Assembly (NCBI GenBank): GCA_021772675.1
Contig: JAJFLO010000244.1
Location: 1,468 to 65,467, forward strand
Reading direction: 5' to 3'
Length of the DNA: 64,000 bases
DNA from: Verrucomicrobiota bacterium
Lineage (GTDB): Bacteria > Verrucomicrobiota > Lentisphaeria > JABSQK01 > JAJFLO01
The notes under the pieces were generated by a model, which did no database searches, was not told where the DNA came from, and saw only the letters and a program-made list of their open reading frames with translations. This document shows, in pieces, positions 59,307-64,000 of the stretch. The stretch's first letter is position 1, and every line of letters starts with the position of its first letter. The position numbers and the translations under genes are program-made.

Positions 59307-60347
59307 ATGGCTGACGATATAAAATTTATGCGACGGGCATTAATGTTAGCGAAGAAGGGATGGGGGAGAACCTCTCCTAATCCGATGGTTGGCGCTGTAA
59401 TAGTGAAAGATAATACAATAATTGGAGAGGGGTGGCATAAAAAAGCTGGCGAGGCCCACGCCGAAATTAATGCGATCAACGATGCAGACCAGGTTGTAAG
59501 TGGCTCAACTTTGTACGTTACTCTGGAACCTTGCAGCTCTCATGGAAAGACATTGCCGTGTACTGATGCTATCATTAATGCAAAGATTAAGAGAGTTGTA
59601 ATTGCCACTTTAGACCCAAACCCTAAACATCAAGGCAAAGCGATAAATTTACTTGCTGGAAAAGGTATTAAGGTTACGGTTGATGTTGAAAAAGAAAAAG
59701 GGCAGGAATTGAACGAAGCTTTTTTTTGTTGGATACAGTATAAACGACCTTACGTTTTACTAAAGATGGCGATGACTCTCGATGGAAAAATTGCGACGAA
59801 AAATGGTATTTCTCAATGGATTTCATGCCAGACATCGCGAAGCAAAGTTCAGAGAATACGGCAGTGGGCCGACGCCATTATGGTTGGAGCTGAGACGATT
59901 CGAGTAGACAATCCGCAGCTTAAAGTAAGACGGCCCAAAAATTGGCAAAATCAACCGAAACGAATCGTGGTAAGCAAAAGCCAAAATTTTGGAAGTTCAA
60001 CGTATGTAATTGATGATAAGAATAATTCGGCGGAAATTGTTAGTTTCAACACCGTTGATGAATGGCATAAGTATTTCAAACAATTAGGAAAAGAAAACAT
60101 TACGTCCCTGCTTGTTGAAGGCGGCGGAGAATTAGCTGGCCAATTGGTGCATTATAATTTAATCGATAAGATTGCAATATTTATTGCACCCAAATTGTTG
60201 GGTGGAAAAGACAGCCGCACCGTGATCGGGGGATTTAATCCTGAAAGTTTAATTGGAGCTAAGACTATAAACGATATGAAATTCACTCGCTCTGGAAGTG
60301 ATTTTTTAATAACAGGATATTTAAACCATGTTTACCGGATGCATTGA
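59307..60347 (+). CDS. ribD: Bifunctional diaminohydroxyphosphoribosylaminopyrimidine deaminase / 5-amino-6-(5-phosphoribosylamino)uracil reductase
   Basis: 346 aa. Start MADDIKFMRRALMLAKKG, zinc motifs HAEINA and PCSSHGKTLPC, reductase half KMAMTLDGKIA ... LLVEGGGELAG. Confidence 0.92.
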   Translation: MADDIKFMRRALMLAKKGWGRTSPNPMVGAVIVKDNTIIGEGWHKKAGEAHAEINAINDADQVVSGSTLYVTLEPCSSHGKTLPCTDAIINAKIKRVVIATLDPNPKHQGKAINLLAGKGIKVTVDVEKEKGQELNEAFFCWIQYKRPYVLLKMAMTLDGKIATKNGISQWISCQTSRSKVQRIRQWADAIMVGAETIRVDNPQLKVRRPKNWQNQPKRIVVSKSQNFGSSTYVIDDKNNSAEIVSFNTVDEWHKYFKQLGKENITSLLVEGGGELAGQLVHYNLIDKIAIFIAPKLLGGKDSRTVIGGFNPESLIGAKTINDMKFTRSGSDFLITGYLNHVYRMH

Positions 60348-60927
60348 GTCTACTGGAAAACTATTATCGCGGTCAAAAATTGCTGATGGCGAGAAAATCG
60401 TTATTTCTACACCATGGGGTAATGAAGCCAAACCTGGTCAAAGCATTGCTGTTAACGGTGCTTGTTTGACTGTCGATGCAATTAATCATAACGATAATTC
60501 ATTTGAGTTTCATACATTATCTGAAACATTAGAGAAAACCAATTTAGATTCGGTGGCTATCGGAGCTGTTGTTAATCTCGAACGTGCACTAAGGGTAGGA
60601 GACCGCCTTGATGGCCATTTTGTTACCGGTCATATCGATTATTCCGGTAAAATTTTGGATGTGGCCAAATGTAGCAATGATATAGTAATTGAAATTGAAC
60701 TGAAAGCCGAATTTGCCGGGCAGATCGTGGCGAAAGGAAGTATTGCTGTTGATGGTATATCATTAACCGTTGTTGATGTTAATAATTCTTCATTTACAGT
60801 ACACATCATCCCATTCACCTTTAATAATACCAATCTCAAAGAAGCAATAGCTGGTAGTCTGGTCAATCTTGAAATGGACCTTATTGGAAAATATATAGTG
60901 CGATCGCAAATTTTGAATGAATCTTAA
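60328..60927 (+). CDS. ribE: Riboflavin synthase (alpha chain)
   Basis: 199 aa. MFTGCIESTGK N-terminus and duplicated lumazine-binding barrels (AVNGACLTV / AVDGISLTV; GHFVTGHID). Overlaps ribD by 20 nt. This gene is called ribC in E. coli nomenclature. Confidence 0.9.
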   Translation: MFTGCIESTGKLLSRSKIADGEKIVISTPWGNEAKPGQSIAVNGACLTVDAINHNDNSFEFHTLSETLEKTNLDSVAIGAVVNLERALRVGDRLDGHFVTGHIDYSGKILDVAKCSNDIVIEIELKAEFAGQIVAKGSIAVDGISLTVVDVNNSSFTVHIIPFTFNNTNLKEAIAGSLVNLEMDLIGKYIVRSQILNES

Positions 60928-61150
60928 ATCCTATTTGATGCTTTAACACGTTTCGCAAAGCTTGCCGCAAATTCGACTAAATGGGAAATTGTTATTGTAT
61001 GAACATGTTGATCAAGCGGTAATTGTCTCATTTTGTGAAGTATGTTTTAATTGTCATGAATGCCAAACTCTTATTACAATTATTGGTCAGAGTGATAGAA
61101 GGATATGACTATGATTGGAAAAATCACATTCCAAAACCTAACATCTTTGA

Positions 61151-61419
61151 CTAGATAAGCTCGGCGTAAGTCCTTCGGGTGTGCACGGAGCAGTTCTTGA
61201 TGGAGTTTCGTTTGCATGGAAGTAAGTCGATCCGAGGATCGACGTCTTCTACGCAAATGAAATTCTGCCAGAAATGCCCGCCCTTTGGGTTGTCTGTACA
61301 GGCGGATTTGCATCCTTAGAAGATCGGGGAGTACCTCAGTACGCCTCAATCCTCCAAAGATACAACTCCATCCAGTACAGACAATGGACACCCGAAGGAC
61401 TTATGCCGAGCTTGTCTAG
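61151..61419. repeat. 269-nt GC-rich inverted-repeat-bounded element: structured RNA leader or MITE
   Basis: 61151-61182 pairs with 61388-61419 over 32 positions (30 Watson-Crick plus 2 that are G-U only if the + strand is the RNA). Inner helices: 61199-61207/61364-61372 (9 bp), the extended hairpin 61211-61257 (7-bp apical stem gtcgatc/gatcgac with loop cgag), and 61292-61299/61375-61382 (8 bp). Confidence 0.5.
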
Positions 61420-61445
61420 GTGTGTTCTTTAGTTATTGTGAAGAA

Positions 61446-62402
61446 ATGAATCACAAAATTCATATAATTGTCATTGTTTTTTCGACGTTTCTTTGTTGTC
61501 TCACGTTTAACAACTGCCGAAAAGCAGAGCAGGCGACGGAAGCTGATGCTCAATTATGGTTAGATGCGGTAAAACAAAATGATTCCAAAACAGCAATTAG
61601 GATTGCAAAACGAATTGTTGCAACGCAACAGTCAAGCGAGGCACCGAACTCCAACCCTCAATATCAGCAGATGGCGTTAGACCTTGGTGTGGGAAAAGCT
61701 TTCATTACTAGTAATAAGTTTAGTGAATGGGATTTTCGGGTATGGCACGATGCGTTGATAATGAAACGGGTAGGAATTTCAGACGCAAATCAAAAACCGC
61801 TTGATTTACCCAATTTATTTAAGCAGGTGGTTGATAAAATAAAAAACTCAGATAATGATTTGGCGGATTTTCCGGTAAACATATGGAATCGGGGACATGG
61901 TTATTGCGATCGGCAGGTTTGGACATTATGTGAAATCGCTTATCAACAAGGCTGGGAAACAACAGTGATTTACCTTCGTGATTGTGAAAAATTGATTTCT
62001 CCTCATACAATTTGTGAGCTCCGAAGAGGTAATGAAGTTTGGGTTGCGGATCCTTATAGCAAAGTAATACTAAAAGATCATTCAATACTATCTATATCAA
62101 ATAATCCAGATTTATTAGAAAAAATCTGGCCGAATAATCAAAATTGGCAAAATGCTATAAAGTGTTTTATCGCCTGGATTCCTGCATACCCTCAAGATTA
62201 TTCACCTAGAAACCAGATTCTTTATAAATATTTGAAAAATCGACTTGGTAATAAAATGCCTCGATTTGCAGTAGATCCCTCGATACGACTGAACTTTTAT
62301 CGGTCATTAATTGCATCAAAAAATGCTGAATTAATTACCAAATTTCCAGTTTATTTTTGGGACTTTCCGTTTCAAGTCATGAATCACCATATGAAGAATT
62401 AG
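61446..62402 (+). CDS. Secreted transglutaminase-like (papain-fold Cys-His-Asp) protein
   Basis: Signal-like N-terminus MNHKIHIIVIVFSTFLCCLTF. Core GHGYCDRQVWTLCEIAYQQGWETTVIYL...SPHTICELRRGNEVWVADPY matches the transglutaminase-like order G-x-C...G-x-x-x-x...H...D-P. The ORF track begins at an upstream GTG (61422); I prefer ATG 61446. Confidence 0.55.
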   Translation: MNHKIHIIVIVFSTFLCCLTFNNCRKAEQATEADAQLWLDAVKQNDSKTAIRIAKRIVATQQSSEAPNSNPQYQQMALDLGVGKAFITSNKFSEWDFRVWHDALIMKRVGISDANQKPLDLPNLFKQVVDKIKNSDNDLADFPVNIWNRGHGYCDRQVWTLCEIAYQQGWETTVIYLRDCEKLISPHTICELRRGNEVWVADPYSKVILKDHSILSISNNPDLLEKIWPNNQNWQNAIKCFIAWIPAYPQDYSPRNQILYKYLKNRLGNKMPRFAVDPSIRLNFYRSLIASKNAELITKFPVYFWDFPFQVMNHHMKN

Positions 62403-62832
62403 TAACTATGTATTTAGCGTTAGATTATTTTATATTTTATTGAGTTCCAATTTTTACTATAAATTAAAATAAAAAATAGGTCTGACTTCGTTGTTTGTTC
62501 TGTGGTAGAGCCAGTTTGTTCTAGGATCATACTGAACGCTATATTTGTACCTATTTATGGAGCTTTTTCTTCCAATAATTAACGCGCATGACTGAATGTT
62601 CCATTTCACGAAAACATCTATTAAAATTAATTTCCTTCTTGCCAGTCTTTGGATCCCACATTCCTCCCTTTTTTTGTTCCTTTTTTGCAATTATTAAGCG
62701 TGTGTACATTTGTACGCTCCAATACTGCCTTGATGTTCAGACTTGTTTTCTTATCATTCCTCAATAAATAAAATTCATCTTTTTTACGTTTTTTATTTGC
62801 ATAGCGTATATTCTATAGGCTATCGTTTGGCT

Positions 62833-63183
62833 ATGTCAAATATAAATGTAAAAAAATTAATAAACGAACGTTCACAGTTGCTCGAGGAACTGAAATCACT
62901 GACTCAGATCCTTCACGGCAGCTGGGTTGAACGTTATTCGATCTGTTCAAGAAAAAACTGTAAATGTCACAAGGGCGAACGTCATGGTCCGCGACATTAT
63001 CTGGTAATCAATAATTATGGGCGCCAACGTCAAAAATATATTCCAAATTCACTGGTCGATTCAACCCAGAAAGGAGTACGGCAATACCAGAGGTTAACAG
63101 ATATTATCGACAGGATCACATGTATTAATCTGGAACTTATAAAGGAAAGAAAATATGGACAAAATGAACCCACTGTCATGTGA
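62833..63183 (+). CDS. Small Zn-ribbon-like protein (DUF6788-like) preceding the IS1634-family transposase
   Basis: ATG at 62833 (the track ORF starts at an upstream TTG, 62743). Motif GSWVERYSICSRKNCKCHKGERHGPRHYLV. The stop overlaps the transposase start by 29 nt. Confidence 0.5.
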   Translation: MSNINVKKLINERSQLLEELKSLTQILHGSWVERYSICSRKNCKCHKGERHGPRHYLVINNYGRQRQKYIPNSLVDSTQKGVRQYQRLTDIIDRITCINLELIKERKYGQNEPTVM

Positions 63184-64000
63184 ACTTGAAGTCCTTTCCG
63201 GAGCGCATTCATATACACATGGTTTCCTGCCGCTGGCAGCGGCTTACTGCCGACGTCTCGGGATTGTCGAACTGGTAAATACACTGGTTCCTTCAAAAAT
63301 GAATGTCAGCCCCGGACTTGTTGTTCAGGCAATGGTGCTGGATACTCTTTCCGGCAGGTCTCCTCTATACCGACTTGAAGAATTTTTAGCTGAAGAGGAC
63401 ATTGAATTATTACTCGGAACGCCTATCGAAGCACATAATTTCAACGATACAAACCTTGGACGCTCTCTGGATGCAGTTTTCAATGCCGGACCGTCAAAGA
63501 TTTTAACAGAAGTCGGAATTCGTGCAGCAAAAACATTTAGCCTGGAAGCCAAAGCTGTCAGTTACGATACGACTTCCACCAGTGTATGGGGAGATTACCG
63601 TATATGCGAGAATGACGAAGAATCTGATGCGCCGAAGATAACTTATGGACACAGCAAGGATAAACGTGGAGACCTCAAGCAATTCATGACAGAGCTGTTA
63701 TGCGTAGAACGGGGTATTCCCATATTCGGTAGAACGCTTGATGGCAACTCTTCCGACAAAAACTCAAACAACAAAATGCTTTCAAAGATAAGCGGTATCA
63801 TGGCTAAGCATGGTCTTGGACCTGGAGCATTTGTATATGTAGCTGATTCTGCAATGATAACGGAAAAAAATCTCAAAGAGCTTGGTGATAATCAATTTGT
63901 GTCCCGTCTTCCTGCAAACTATGGAATCTGCAACGAAACTATAATCAAGGCCGTTAATGCAGATGAGTGGTTTAAAATAGGAGTGCTGGCAGAAACTCCG
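63155..64000 (+). CDS. IS1634-family transposase, N-terminal 282 codons (runs off the window)
   Basis: Open frame from ATG 63155 to the window end. It is absent from the ORF track because there is no stop. DUF4277-like N-terminus (LPLAAAYCRRLGIVELVN...GLVVQAMVLDTLSGRSPLYRLEEF...NDTNLGRSLDAVF) and the hallmark YGHSKDKRGDLKQF motif. Confidence 0.85.
   Translation, partial: MDKMNPLSCELEVLSGAHSYTHGFLPLAAAYCRRLGIVELVNTLVPSKMNVSPGLVVQAMVLDTLSGRSPLYRLEEFLAEEDIELLLGTPIEAHNFNDTNLGRSLDAVFNAGPSKILTEVGIRAAKTFSLEAKAVSYDTTSTSVWGDYRICENDEESDAPKITYGHSKDKRGDLKQFMTELLCVERGIPIFGRTLDGNSSDKNSNNKMLSKISGIMAKHGLGPGAFVYVADSAMITEKNLKELGDNQFVSRLPANYGICNETIIKAVNADEWFKIGVLAETP

Larger units (their letters stand above)
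62833..64000 (+). mobile_element. IS1634-family insertion sequence (partial; left end somewhere in 62403-62832, right end outside the window)
   Basis: Transposase plus the associated small ORF. Terminal inverted repeats cannot be defined without the right end. Confidence 0.7.

Noticed and set aside
61080-61391. 103-aa minus-strand ORF (Arg-rich, RRRRRSS)
   Set aside because: It lies entirely over the inverted-repeat element 61151-61419. Its odd composition reflects the GC-rich helices. It has no RBS and no motifs.
62457-62690. 77-aa minus-strand ORF between the transglutaminase-like gene and the IS
   Set aside because: Lys/Arg-rich translation of AT-rich DNA with no motifs. The region is more likely the left end or flank of the IS1634-family element.

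Overview
One uninterrupted 49,605-nt ORF (657..50261, + strand) fills 77% of the window. It encodes a 16,534-aa, Asp/Asn/Gly-rich giant protein with a signal-peptide-like N-terminus. Read by eye, the translation is a highly ordered mosaic: (1) dozens of thrombospondin-type-3-like Ca-binding loops (DxDxDGxxDxxE); (2) about 30 LamG/concanavalin-A-like jelly-roll modules (W-T-[IV]-E-A-W ... W-x-H-[IVL]-A ... DE[VI]R[IV]W); (3) an Ig-like/SbsA-like beta-sandwich tract at about 8.8-13.6 kb; (4) a MAM-like module and a DUF2135/YfaP-like module; (5) a complete S8 subtilase with its own I9-like propeptide at 42.2-43.5 kb; (6) a PPC (pre-peptidase C-terminal) module; (7) several repeat families I cannot assign to any named domain; (8) a C-terminal GWNL[IV] module with no recognisable classical anchor. 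Ordinary genes follow downstream: an M20 peptidase and an ATP-grasp ligase (-), rapA (-), an AmmeMemoRadiSam-type radical SAM enzyme (-), a small secreted PLD/Nuc-like nuclease (+), ribD-ribE (+), a transglutaminase-like secreted protein (+), and the 5' part of an IS1634-family element (small Zn-ribbon ORF plus a transposase that runs off the window). Three non-coding elements stand out: a 195-bp MITE-like element with 25-bp TIRs and an 8-bp target-site duplication about 150 bp upstream of the giant gene; a perfect 23-bp inverted repeat at the window edge; and a 269-nt GC-rich element closed by a 32-bp helix (its two non-Watson-Crick positions are G-U only on the + strand) directly upstream of the transglutaminase-like gene. 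I found no rRNA, tRNA or CRISPR array. All domain names come from motif recognition by eye, not HMM results. Taxonomy cannot be determined from this window. The genome looks AT-rich and SD-poor, and giant LamG/TSP3 genes are typical of uncultivated PVC/Omnitrophota-like lineages, but that is only a guess.
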